Below are positions 22,538-31,882 of a stretch of 64,000 nucleotides of DNA, one piece after another (positions within the stretch are counted from its first letter, which is position 1; each line of letters opens with the position of its first letter). The notes under the pieces are model-generated. The model saw only the letters and a list, made by a program, of their open reading frames with translations, was not told where the DNA came from and searched no databases. Made by a program: the position numbers and the translations under genes. The stretch comes from Cyanophora paradoxa CCMP329 (Eukaryota > Plantae > Glaucophyta), in NCBI GenBank assembly GCA_004431415.1, contig QPMI01000038.1, positions 124,001 to 188,000 on the forward strand. The letters are read 5' to 3'.

Positions 22538-22849
22538 ATGCCTCGTAAATCAAATCAGCAACTGATGGCGGAACAGAGAGGGGAAGTTTACATTATGCCT
22601 TGCAAAGTGACACCTGAAATGCTCTTTTTGAGACGTGAAAAGATTAGAGAATATAATCGGAAATTTTATGAAAAAGTCAAACAGAAACGAATGGAAGACG
22701 GTGAGCCAACAATCACGCCTCCGAATAGAATCGCAAATAGTAGCCGTTACCAAATGCAACGATACGCGGAAGATGAAGAGTTTCGCAATCGACAGCGTGA
22801 GAAATCACGAGAGTATTATAGAAACAAGAAAATCGCCAGATCTTCTTAA
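22538..22849 (+). CDS. Small basic coiled-coil protein
   Basis: Paralog of 24605-25030 (RKSNQ, RYAEDEEFR); TTTAAGG motif upstream. Confidence 0.75.
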   Translation: MPRKSNQQLMAEQRGEVYIMPCKVTPEMLFLRREKIREYNRKFYEKVKQKRMEDGEPTITPPNRIANSSRYQMQRYAEDEEFRNRQREKSREYYRNKKIARSS

Positions 22850-22934
22850 TGCGGAAACCATGAGACCGTGGGTTGTTCTTTCTCTGATGCCTTTATTTCA
22901 GTGAGTTAAGGCATTTTCTTACTATAAATGACTA

Positions 22935-23265
22935 TCAGGCACTTTTAGATTTATGATTGCACCACTAATATACTCGATCTTTTCACTATTTTAAGATTTC
23001 TCTTACTGTTTATGATCGTCAGGCACTTTTGAAATGTCATCAGGCATTTCAGGCACATTTTTAGGAAACTTTTTTTATAGAAAAAACAAAACACAATGAA
23101 ATTGAATTTTTAAAAACAAATTTAAGAAAGATTTTTTAGACTCTCGATTAAAAGCGCCTGAAAGTGCCTGACTGCCTGAAAAAAGTGCCTGTCAATCTGA
23201 AAATTACATATCGCTTTTTGTGATAAAGAGACTGAAAGCGTGTAGCGATCTGGGAAGTGCCTGAA
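22935..23265. promoter_or_regulatory. Origin-like module B (TCAGGCAC/GTGCCTGA iterons)
   Basis: 4-5 repeats per side around an AT-rich core related to module A. Confidence 0.55.
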
Positions 23266-23379
23266 AGTATGTAGTGGGAAGAAAAGGGACTTAAAAAATG
23301 ACACGTTATAGTAGTGATTATAGAGGTAGGATTCTACTACATTGTTTTAGAAACAACTACGGCTTGTTACTGTATATGG

Positions 23380-23650
23380 TCTGTCTGACATTCTGTTTTT
23401 TAAATCGCCACAAAATGAAAATTGTGGTCTTCTTTAATCATTCTCACTCTTACTGTAATATGGTTTGTCTGACACTTTCTTTTTCTTCTGACACTATTTA
23501 AATGTATTCTGACACTGTTGACACTGTTTTGAAAAGTTTTCTTAATAATGAATGATTTTATAAAATTTGAATTTAGAAAACACACTCCAAGAAATCTTTT
23601 TTTAAAACCTCGATTAAAAAAGTCAGACTGTCAAAACAAGCGTCAGATAG
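23380..23650. promoter_or_regulatory. Origin-like module C (TCTGACA/GTCAGA iterons)
   Basis: Same AAGAAATCTTTT...CCTCGATTAAAAA core flanked by inverted repeats. Confidence 0.5.
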
Positions 23651-23717
23651 TTGCAACAAGAAAGGGGCTTAAAAAAATGACACGTTATAGTAGTGATTAT
23701 AGAGGTAGGATTTAACA

Positions 23718-24035
23718 ATGGCGTGCGCTAATTTCTCTACTCACCTTCACGAACTGGGAGTTGATTTTACAGACTTACACTCAGAAAAACGAGATGAGAT
23801 ATTGAAGAAAACAGTTGAAGCACGAGCAAGATGTGAAGGATATAAACCAAGTCAGATACCGTCTAAATTAAAACGCATACTTGAAGAGAAAGCGATCTCC
23901 TCAATGACAAAAACATTTGAGAGTTTCGATCATGATGTAAGACACAGTGGTAATCGCTTACAGTTGAAACTAAGAAAGAAGATTGACAAACGAAACGAGG
24001 CAATAGTTCTTAGTTATCTTCTCGGTTTAATTTAG
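23718..24035 (+). CDS. Hypothetical protein (105 aa)
   Basis: ATG ORF intact in both arms; CTTAAA motif upstream. Confidence 0.65.
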   Translation: MACANFSTHLHELGVDFTDLHSEKRDEILKKTVEARARCEGYKPSQIPSKLKRILEEKAISSMTKTFESFDHDVRHSGNRLQLKLRKKIDKRNEAIVLSYLLGLI

Positions 24036-24088
24036 GATTATTTCCAAAAAAATAACAAAAAACATGAAATTACTGTATTATTTCTTTT

Positions 24089-24421
24089 TCAAACCCGTTT
24101 AGAAAGGTCATAAACTCGTTTTACTACACCATTGATCCTCCGAGTATATGCTGAAATTCCAAAAACCTTTTTTATACTCAAACCTAAAACTCGTGGTGAA
24201 ACCTTTGAATCTAAAACTTGCTGTATTTGACTGAGTAAGATATCAGCCGGGATATATTCGCCATTCTTACTTATATCGAAGCAATATAGGAGGAAATCGC
24301 AAAAAGTCATAGGTCTCTTAACTTCATCGCTTTGTATTGAATTATTATAATCGTCTTCTTCTTCATCATCATAAATCTCAATAACGTAATCTGAATCTGT
24401 TTCATCCGTTACATATTCCAT
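24089..24421 (-). CDS. Stand-alone D5-C-like winged-helix protein with acidic N-terminus
   Basis: DFLLYCFDI...SPRVLGLSIKKVFG...RRINGVVKRVY pattern matches D5/P4-alpha C-terminal wHTH. Confidence 0.6.
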   Translation of the reverse strand: MEYVTDETDSDYVIEIYDDEEEDDYNNSIQSDEVKRPMTFCDFLLYCFDISKNGEYIPADILLSQIQQVLDSKVSPRVLGLSIKKVFGISAYTRRINGVVKRVYDLSKRV

Positions 24422-24604
24422 TCTATACGTTACAGATACTGTTTTTATCCGTTACATTTTATGGATGTATTTTATTGATTTATTCGATGATTACTTCAAG
24501 GACGTAGCAAAAAATGACGCTTTCCGAACATCCAAAAAGTATTTAAGGATTTGGGAAGTAAGATAAGTGAAATAGATATTATCTTGCTCTTATATAAAGG
24601 AAAA

Positions 24605-25030
24605 ATGGTGAGAACTCGGAAATCAAACCAAGAGCTTATTGCTATGCAGAAGGGTGCAGACCTCCCACGTGTTGAAAAGAAACCTACGCTAACAGAGGAA
24701 GAATGGGAAGAAAAAGCAAAGTTGAGACGTGAGAAAGACCGTGAGAGGAAACGTATTGTTTATCAAAAGGTGAAAGAAGAGAGAATCGCAAAAGGTGAAA
24801 AGACTGCAACTCCTCCTGAGAAATTGGAAAAGATGGCTTTGTATGTTCAACGTCGATATGCAGAAGATGAAGAATTCCGAAAGAGAAGAAAAGAGATTGT
24901 CCGGAGGTATCTGGAACGGAAACGACTTGAAAAGGTTGATGAGAAAGAGGCAATTAAGAAAACCGGACGTCCTCGTAAATACAATGCTTGTAATCCCGAT
25001 ACATCATCGGAAAGTATCGTAGCGAATTGA
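24605..25030 (+). CDS. Basic coiled-coil protein with AT-hook
   Basis: TGRPRKY AT-hook; paralog of 22538-22849; ATG at 24605 preferred to the upstream TTG. Confidence 0.75.
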   Translation: MVRTRKSNQELIAMQKGADLPRVEKKPTLTEEEWEEKAKLRREKDRERKRIVYQKVKEERIAKGEKTATPPEKLEKMALYVQRRYAEDEEFRKRRKEIVRRYLERKRLEKVDEKEAIKKTGRPRKYNACNPDTSSESIVAN

Positions 25031-25204
25031 TCGATCAGAGGTGAAAAAAATGACACTTAACTTTCTCCTTTTTTATAACCTAAGGCTAATCATTATAGTG
25101 CCGTGGGCAACCAAAAAGCATTTAAGGACTTCACAATAAGAACCAGTAAAGGGAATTCATCAATTTCCTCAGATTAATTTCTCTGAGAAAGGTAAGAATC
25201 CAAG

Positions 25205-27592
25205 ATGTTTAACGCCAAGCAACCCAACGCATCTGATATAACCCTCTCCGAGAAGGCTAACCGTCATGTCCTTAAATACCTGATCGAAAACTTTGATGAG
25301 TTGAAGTATCGCCCACAAGTCGATCCAACCGCCACTCTGACGCTTCTAAACAAATACTTTAAGAGTTTGAACCGAAGTGATCGCATCACTGTTAAATATC
25401 GCCAATGCTCACACAACACCGGGCGCTATTACTCTAACGTTCGAAACATAAAGAAAAAACAGGTTTCGATGCAAGAGATGCCCCGTGAATTTCGACACAC
25501 ACTTGCCCGTGAAAACTATATTGATATCGATATGATTAACGCTCACCCAACGCTTCTTATCCAATATTGTAAAAAAAATGAAATCGCATGCAACGCTCTT
25601 GCTAATTACGTTGAAAATCGCGACTCTATCATCGCCGATATAATCGAGAAATCGAGACTCACTCGTGAAGACATTAAACGTGCATTCCTTTCTGTTATTA
25701 ACGGCGGCGACGGAACTGACAACGAAGCTCTTCTCAATCACCCCGATTTCAAAAAATTAAAAGAGGAAATGGCTGGTATTCATGCTCTTATCGCAAACAT
25801 ACCCGAAAACAAAAACTACCTACTCATCTGCAAGAAGAAGAAAGACCACAACATCCTCGGTTCGGTAGTTAATATGGTTCTCTGTAATATCGAGAATCAA
25901 TGCCTCATGGCTCTTTGTGAGTATCTCACTTCACTGGGTATTAAGGTTGGAGTTCTCGTTTTCGATGGTTGTATGATTGAGAAAGACCCAAAATTTCCGG
26001 AAGAGCGTGTTGCATCCATCTTGAAGGAAGCATCGGAATATATCGAAAACACAATCGGTTATAAGGTTGGATTGCTGATTAAACCGATGGATCAAGGATT
26101 TGAAATCCCCGCAAATTTGGATGAAGGAATTCCTCTCTGCCGGGTAATTATCGACGATTCACATGCTGCCTCATTATTCGTTAATGATATCGAGGGGCAA
26201 ATCATCAAATGTGACGGTCGTATTTTCGCCCGGAAGGACGACAGCCTATGGACTGAGGATACGAAATTGGTGAAGGGAATTCTCTTAAAATTGTGCATGC
26301 AAGCGCATTTCGTGAAAGAAGACGCAAAAGGGAACCTGAGATCATATTCCGGTGAAACACCAAATGCTAAAAGAATCATCGAAGCTGTAATCCCTCTCCT
26401 TCCCAATCGTCAGAATTTCTACGAGGAGTTATGGAGTTCTACCATTGGGAAAATATGCTATCAGAACGGAGTGTATGATTTCAAGACAAAGAAGCTTACA
26501 CCGTGGAAGGATTGTAAGAATGTTTACTCGACTACTCGAATCTCTCGTGACCTTCCCGTGGATGATAACGGCTACATTCTCAAACCATCCGATGCTGATA
26601 TTCAGACTCTCTACGATAAAGTTCTTGAACCCGTTTTCGGTGCCGAAAGTGTAACGTCCGCTCTTGAATTTACGGCTCGTGCGGTTGCGGGTTGTTATGA
26701 AGATAAGCAATGGGGACTATCGGTGGGTGAACGTAATTGTGGAAAGGGGGTTTACGTCAATCTTCAAGAGAACACATGGGGCGATTATGTCCACACCATA
26801 AGCGGTGAGTCTTTCCTCTTAAACAAAAGCGTAGACGATAATGATACATCGAAATTGAAGTGGATGAAGCCATGTGAATTCCGTCGTTTGACTTTCACAC
26901 AAGAGATGAAATTCGATGTTTCAAACACCAATATCAAATTGAACGGCGCTATGATCAAAAAGAAGGAATCAGGTGGTGATATGCAATGTATGCGTGTTCT
27001 GTATGAGAATGAGGTTAACATTCGACTTCAAAGTCGTATATGGATGATCATGAATGATGTGCCGCCCGTCTCACCTTCTGATACACTCCAAACCATGGTA
27101 TTATTCAAGCATCCCCACAAATTCGTCGATCAGAAAACAGTTGAAGAGATGAATAGCCCGTGTTTCCGTTTGGCGTCAGAAGACATTAAAAGCGATCTGC
27201 TGCGACGTCCTGAAATTATTCACGCCTTTGAATACATGGTTTTCGAAGCCTTCAAGTCACAGAAGTTTGTGGTATCGGGGAAGATCGCCGAAGACGTAAG
27301 CGAGTTTCGTGAAGATGCGGGCGACGAAATGCAAATAATTAAAAGCGCATTCGAATTCACCCGTGATCCTTCCGATGCTGTATCAAGCAAAACAGTCGTT
27401 GATAAATTGAAGGAACTTAAACTTAACATGTCCGCGAATCGTATTAAAAGCGTTATGGTGTTGATGGGCGCTACATATAGTAAAGCTGCTATTCGAAAGG
27501 GAAATACAGCTACTTATGAACGAGGATATAAGGGCGTTAAATTGATCTCTACTACCCGATTTGTAGATGATGATGACGATGTCGAAGCGTAA
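25205..27592 (+). CDS. TVpol (PolA-family primase-polymerase) fused to D5-like SF3 helicase, 795 aa
   Basis: GRYY; motif A YIDIDMINAHP; motif B REDIKRAFLSVING; motif C VLVFDG; D5_N-like YQNGVYD; Walker A GERNCGKG; Walker B-like LTFTQE; sensor MIMND; C-terminal wHTH. Confidence 0.88.
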   Translation: MFNAKQPNASDITLSEKANRHVLKYLIENFDELKYRPQVDPTATLTLLNKYFKSLNRSDRITVKYRQCSHNTGRYYSNVRNIKKKQVSMQEMPREFRHTLARENYIDIDMINAHPTLLIQYCKKNEIACNALANYVENRDSIIADIIEKSRLTREDIKRAFLSVINGGDGTDNEALLNHPDFKKLKEEMAGIHALIANIPENKNYLLICKKKKDHNILGSVVNMVLCNIENQCLMALCEYLTSLGIKVGVLVFDGCMIEKDPKFPEERVASILKEASEYIENTIGYKVGLLIKPMDQGFEIPANLDEGIPLCRVIIDDSHAASLFVNDIEGQIIKCDGRIFARKDDSLWTEDTKLVKGILLKLCMQAHFVKEDAKGNLRSYSGETPNAKRIIEAVIPLLPNRQNFYEELWSSTIGKICYQNGVYDFKTKKLTPWKDCKNVYSTTRISRDLPVDDNGYILKPSDADIQTLYDKVLEPVFGAESVTSALEFTARAVAGCYEDKQWGLSVGERNCGKGVYVNLQENTWGDYVHTISGESFLLNKSVDDNDTSKLKWMKPCEFRRLTFTQEMKFDVSNTNIKLNGAMIKKKESGGDMQCMRVLYENEVNIRLQSRIWMIMNDVPPVSPSDTLQTMVLFKHPHKFVDQKTVEEMNSPCFRLASEDIKSDLLRRPEIIHAFEYMVFEAFKSQKFVVSGKIAEDVSEFREDAGDEMQIIKSAFEFTRDPSDAVSSKTVVDKLKELKLNMSANRIKSVMVLMGATYSKAAIRKGNTATYERGYKGVKLISTTRFVDDDDDVEA

Positions 27593-27659
27593 CTCTTGAT
27601 ATTAAACAGAGCATTCGTATTTTTTATAAATCGTAAGAGGTTTTTCTTACTGTTTAAGG

Positions 27660-28060
27660 TCGTTGGGCACTTCTTTTTTTACATATGTTACTCTTTCGAA
27701 AAGATGGTTTATATCTGTTCTATACCTATATTACTGTTTATGGTTTCATTGGGCACTTCTTTTATCATTGGGCACTTCTTTTTTTACATATGTTACTCTT
27801 TCGAAAAGATGGTTTATATCTGTTCTATACCTATATTACTGTTTATGGTTTCATTGGGCACTTCTTTTATCGTTGGGCACTTTTTAAATGTCATTGGGCA
27901 CTTTGGGCACCGTTTTAAGAAAGTTTTTCTATATAAAAAAATGTTTTGAATGAAATTAGAATTTTGAAAATGTATTCTAAGAAATCTTTTAGACCTTGGA
28001 TTAAAAAGTGCCCAAAGGTGCCCAACAAGTGCCCAACAGTGCCCAAAAAAATGCCCAATG
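27660..28060. promoter_or_regulatory. Origin-like module A directly downstream of the helicase gene, including a ~105-bp tandem duplication
   Basis: 7 TTGGGCAC then 4-5 GTGCCCAA copies around a ~95-bp AT-rich core. Confidence 0.6.
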
Positions 28061-28157
28061 GTTAAAGTAAAAACGTTGCTTCAAATCACATTTGATAATG
28101 CATCACATATACGAGAATGTTTACAAAAACAATTAATAAAATCACTCACCGAGCGTT

Positions 28158-28910
28158 TCACTCTGATTTATACGATTCCAAAAAGACCCACTCGAAACTG
28201 TGGATAATCTCGATACGATTCATTATATCTAAATGGGACATATACGGTTGCATACCAAAAACTGTGTTTCGCATGAAAGATACCAAACCTCCCCAATCAC
28301 CACGTTTTGCATAATCTTGATACATTTTATTATTTTGTTTGAAGGTGAGAGCATCATAAATGGCTTTCATCGTTTCATTAAGTGTCATTTTGTAAGAAAG
28401 CGGTCTCAAAATCTTATCGTACAACTCACTTATGTTAATTTCACACGGTTTTACGATCTTTCCCGTTTCATCTACAACGAGATCGCGAGATATACAATAA
28501 AAAGCATAGATTCCTTCACATTTATCCCATGCTATAAGTCTCTTTGTTTCTATATCGTAGACGCCGTTTTGATAACATAGTTTACCAATCGTAGACGGTC
28601 TCATAACCTGTTTATAAAAGTCGTTTCGATCTTCAAGAATCGCTTTTGAGATCTTAATGACCTTTTGAGCATTCGTTAAATTATGTGTATAACGGAGAAT
28701 CTCACCTTTACTGTTCTTCTTGTAGACATTCAAACGCATACATAGTTTGAGCATCGCTTGATTAATGAACGCTACATTATTCGTCCATAGGTGGTTATTT
28801 TGTTTAGTGTAAATGACACCATCAGATAGTATAAACTTGCCGTCGAGATCTTTTACAAACAATTCCGCGGCTTCATAATCGGAAGAGGCAAACACGAGAG
28901 ATTCCGACAT
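28158..28910 (-). CDS. Truncated helicase paralog (D5_N region; no polymerase, no P-loop)
   Basis: STIGKLCYQNGVYD, ISRDLVVD and EIIHSFE match STIGKICYQNGVYD, ISRDLPVD and EIIHAFE of the 795-aa protein. Confidence 0.85.
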   Translation of the reverse strand: MSESLVFASSDYEAAELFVKDLDGKFILSDGVIYTKQNNHLWTNNVAFINQAMLKLCMRLNVYKKNSKGEILRYTHNLTNAQKVIKISKAILEDRNDFYKQVMRPSTIGKLCYQNGVYDIETKRLIAWDKCEGIYAFYCISRDLVVDETGKIVKPCEINISELYDKILRPLSYKMTLNETMKAIYDALTFKQNNKMYQDYAKRGDWGGLVSFMRNTVFGMQPYMSHLDIMNRIEIIHSFEWVFLESYKSE

Positions 28911-29001
28911 GTTTCTTATTTTATTTCAAAGGTGCTTTTTCTTTAAATAGGAAAAAAGCACTTAAAGACATGTTAACTCTTATAATAAAACGAATCATCA
29001 G

Positions 29002-29733
29002 ATGGATTGTGTCATTTGTTTGAACAAGCTGAACCCAAAGAAGGCTACCAAACTCGAATGTGGTCACAAATTCTGTAAGAAGTGTTTTGATGATTGGGAT
29101 AAAGCGAATGTATCAAAGTATGATCTCCTACCAATTTGTAAAGGTAAACCGTTTTGTGATTCAGATGACGCTTTTTTAATTAATCTTTCTCTGTCGAAAG
29201 CATGGGTAAGTTGTCCTCTCTGTAAACAAGATCACACTTATATGAATTGGGAGACTTTCCATGGTAAGAAGAAGAAACCCGTTTTAAAGAAAGTGATATG
29301 TAAGATTTGGTTCGCTAAGGAGGACTGCGGCAATGTAGACGCTTGTGATCTTATCACAGATCAGAGACATTTAATAAAGTATATACCACTGAGCGATAGG
29401 AAATTAATGAAAGAGGGGAAAGATCCAAAATACGACCATTCGTATAATGTGATTACCTATTTTGAGAAATGCATAGCTGAACACGAAACAGACATACACA
29501 TGAATAACTGTATGTGTAATGATAAGAAATGTAGCAAAATATTCCCTGTGTCTGCGAAAGAGTGCAATTGTCTTAATCATACAACCCCTTGGGATTTCGA
29601 GAATTGGCTAAAAACATTTAATCCCGACTCGAAAGATTGGATGGATAGAATGACATTCTATAACAAAACTAAATATCACATCTCTACGGGTCAATTGAGA
29701 ATGCGAACGCGTGAGAACACCGCAAATTCATAA
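29002..29733 (+). CDS. RING-finger (C3HC4) protein, putative E3 ligase
   Basis: CVIC...CGHKFCKKC...(long insert)...CPLC; extra C-terminal Cys cluster. Confidence 0.8.
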   Translation: MDCVICLNKLNPKKATKLECGHKFCKKCFDDWDKANVSKYDLLPICKGKPFCDSDDAFLINLSLSKAWVSCPLCKQDHTYMNWETFHGKKKKPVLKKVICKIWFAKEDCGNVDACDLITDQRHLIKYIPLSDRKLMKEGKDPKYDHSYNVITYFEKCIAEHETDIHMNNCMCNDKKCSKIFPVSAKECNCLNHTTPWDFENWLKTFNPDSKDWMDRMTFYNKTKYHISTGQLRMRTRENTANS

Positions 29734-29891
29734 CATGTCCCTCTTTCAAACGCACTTTAATATGGGTCTTTTTTTTACAAACCTTCACAGAAATGTGTGG
29801 TTTTGCTTCACAGAACCGTGTAGGTTTATGTTTCGATCTACGCAAACAGCTACAATGTCCTGTATAGGTAGTTTTGAAAAATAAAGCGTTT

Positions 29892-30434
29892 TCACTCTTT
29901 CCTGTTCCGATAACATTCGCATTCTGAAAGAAATGACCTTAATATTAACTTCCTTATTGCGTCGCGACCTTCCCAATTGTTGTGATCTTTACCAAAAAGT
30001 TTGACAAAGTCTAAGATATGGATAAACTCAGGACGTGATACATAATTAGGTAAATCAAACGGCTCCGTTTCTATTTCCCAATAATTCACTTTGTAGAAAT
30101 ATAACAAACCGTCAGATCCCTTAGCATAATGTATATCGGGATTCTCCGTAAAATATCCGATTTGCTCAATTTTCCAGCGTCTCGCGACTATTATGTCGCT
30201 ATTATCTAATTCATTCATAAACATAATCAATCTATCGACATTGATTTTGATTAAGGAAGAATTAACTGAAAACACGGGTTTTCCGTCGTAAATATACGGC
30301 GTCTCCATCATTGCAATCAATCTTAGCACAGCGTTAGGATGTCTCCCATGCCGCTTAAATGGCTTCATTTTTTGCCCGCTCAAAAAATGAAACCATAACC
30401 TGTAATGCAACGCTCCGTTATGCAACGCATCCAT
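29892..30434 (-). CDS. Hypothetical protein (180 aa)
   Basis: ATG ORF, mirrored at 31883 with a late frameshift. Confidence 0.65.
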   Translation of the reverse strand: MDALHNGALHYRLWFHFLSGQKMKPFKRHGRHPNAVLRLIAMMETPYIYDGKPVFSVNSSLIKINVDRLIMFMNELDNSDIIVARRWKIEQIGYFTENPDIHYAKGSDGLLYFYKVNYWEIETEPFDLPNYVSRPEFIHILDFVKLFGKDHNNWEGRDAIRKLILRSFLSECECYRNRKE

Positions 30435-30607
30435 TTATGGTCGAATCTAATGATGCTACATATGTATTCGTCGAAAAAGAGAATTTACATTATGTTGCTC
30501 ATTGAAAACCTTAATATACTCTCTTTTTCCGGCTTACTAAAATAACAAATCCACTTTATGTGTGAAAAATCATTTAAAGTTAAAATAATAGACATTTCCA
30601 ATGTAAG

Positions 30608-31750
30608 ATGCCTTTAAAATTAACAAAAGAAAGTTTTATAGAAAAAGCGAAAACTGTCCATGGGGATGCATATGGATACGATGAAGTTATTTATGAACAT
30701 AGTTTAAGTGAAGTCACAATTTACTGCAAAGTATGTAATGCGTATTTCACCCAACTTCCTGTAAATCATTTAAGAAAAAAGGGGTGCCGAATGTGTGCAA
30801 TACAAAAACGAGCCTCTGCAAATCGTAATGAATTACATGATTTAATAAGTAAAGCTCAAAGAATTCATGGAGACAAATATGATTATTCCATGATCGAAAA
30901 GTATGAAGGGATGACAAAACACGTTAGCATTCTTTGTAAAACATGTAAAACAGAGTTTAAACAGACATTATCATGTCATATAAACTACAAATTTGGATGT
31001 AGAAAATGTGGACATGCAAAAAAAAGCAAAGAGTCCCGAATACCTATAACAGAAGTTTTAGAACGTTTTAGATCTCAGCATGGAGAAAAGTATGATTACA
31101 CACATGTGCAATTTGAAAAGACAAGTGATGTTATAAACATCTTCTGCAAAACATGTAATGAGAGTTTTAAGCAAAGAGTCGATTCACATTTTAAAACAGG
31201 TTGCCGAAAATGCGGTAATAAACAAAATGGGCTTAACTGTCGCTCCACACAGGAAGAAGTTATTAAACGTTTTGAGACAATCCATAATGGGGCTTTCGAC
31301 TATTCTTTGGTAAAATATCAGACCACAAAAACCAAAGTAAAAATAATATGCAAAAAATGTAATTGTATTTTTGAACAGACGCCGTCTAACCACTTTAAAA
31401 GAGGCTGTCCTAATTGCAAAGTTTCACATGGGGAAAGAAAAGTGAAACAGGTCTTAGACTCTTATAACTTTGATTACTTGCAACAGTTTAGTTTTCAGGA
31501 TTGTAGGTATAAATTACCTTTGAGATTCGATTTTTATATAACCTCTTTGCGAATTGCAATTGAATATGACGGAGAACAACATAGGAAAATTGTCAATTTT
31601 TTTGGAGGTAAAGAAGCATTTGAGGAAACACAAAAGCGGGATGGTATCAAAAACAGATACTGTGAGATCAACAATATCAAACTTTTGAGAATACCACACA
31701 CTGAAAAAGAAATAAAGGCGACTATTGACTTATTCTTAAAAACCCTCTAA
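30608..31750 (+). CDS. Endonuclease: four DUF723-like Zn-ribbon repeats plus C-terminal Vsr/DUF559-like PD-(D/E)XK domain
   Basis: 4x HG-x-x-(Y/F)-(D/G)-Y...CKxC...F-x-Q...H...GC-x-x-C; SHGE...FDFY...IEYDGEQH...D-x-x-KN-x-YC...LLRIP, an architecture known from giant-virus and phage putative homing endonucleases. Confidence 0.85.
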   Translation: MPLKLTKESFIEKAKTVHGDAYGYDEVIYEHSLSEVTIYCKVCNAYFTQLPVNHLRKKGCRMCAIQKRASANRNELHDLISKAQRIHGDKYDYSMIEKYEGMTKHVSILCKTCKTEFKQTLSCHINYKFGCRKCGHAKKSKESRIPITEVLERFRSQHGEKYDYTHVQFEKTSDVINIFCKTCNESFKQRVDSHFKTGCRKCGNKQNGLNCRSTQEEVIKRFETIHNGAFDYSLVKYQTTKTKVKIICKKCNCIFEQTPSNHFKRGCPNCKVSHGERKVKQVLDSYNFDYLQQFSFQDCRYKLPLRFDFYITSLRIAIEYDGEQHRKIVNFFGGKEAFEETQKRDGIKNRYCEINNIKLLRIPHTEKEIKATIDLFLKTL

Positions 31751-31882
31751 AAGACACATAAAGTGGATTTGTTATTTTAGTAAGCCGGAAAAAGAGAGTA
31801 TATTAAGGTTTTCAATGAGCAACATAATGTAAATTCTCTTTTTCGACGAATACATATGTAGCATCATTAGATTCGACCATAA

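Larger units (their letters stand above)
19105..30563 (+). repeat. Left arm of the giant inverted repeat (11,459 bp)
   Basis: Reverse complement of 31754-43041; mirrored ORFs are identical apart from right-arm frameshifts; bounded by ACACATAAAG and CTTTATGTGT. Confidence 0.96.

Noticed and set aside
22113-23585. Short ORFs over the iteron modules (also 27596-27949 and mirror copies)
   Set aside because: Repeat-derived translations with non-ATG starts or broken in the other arm.
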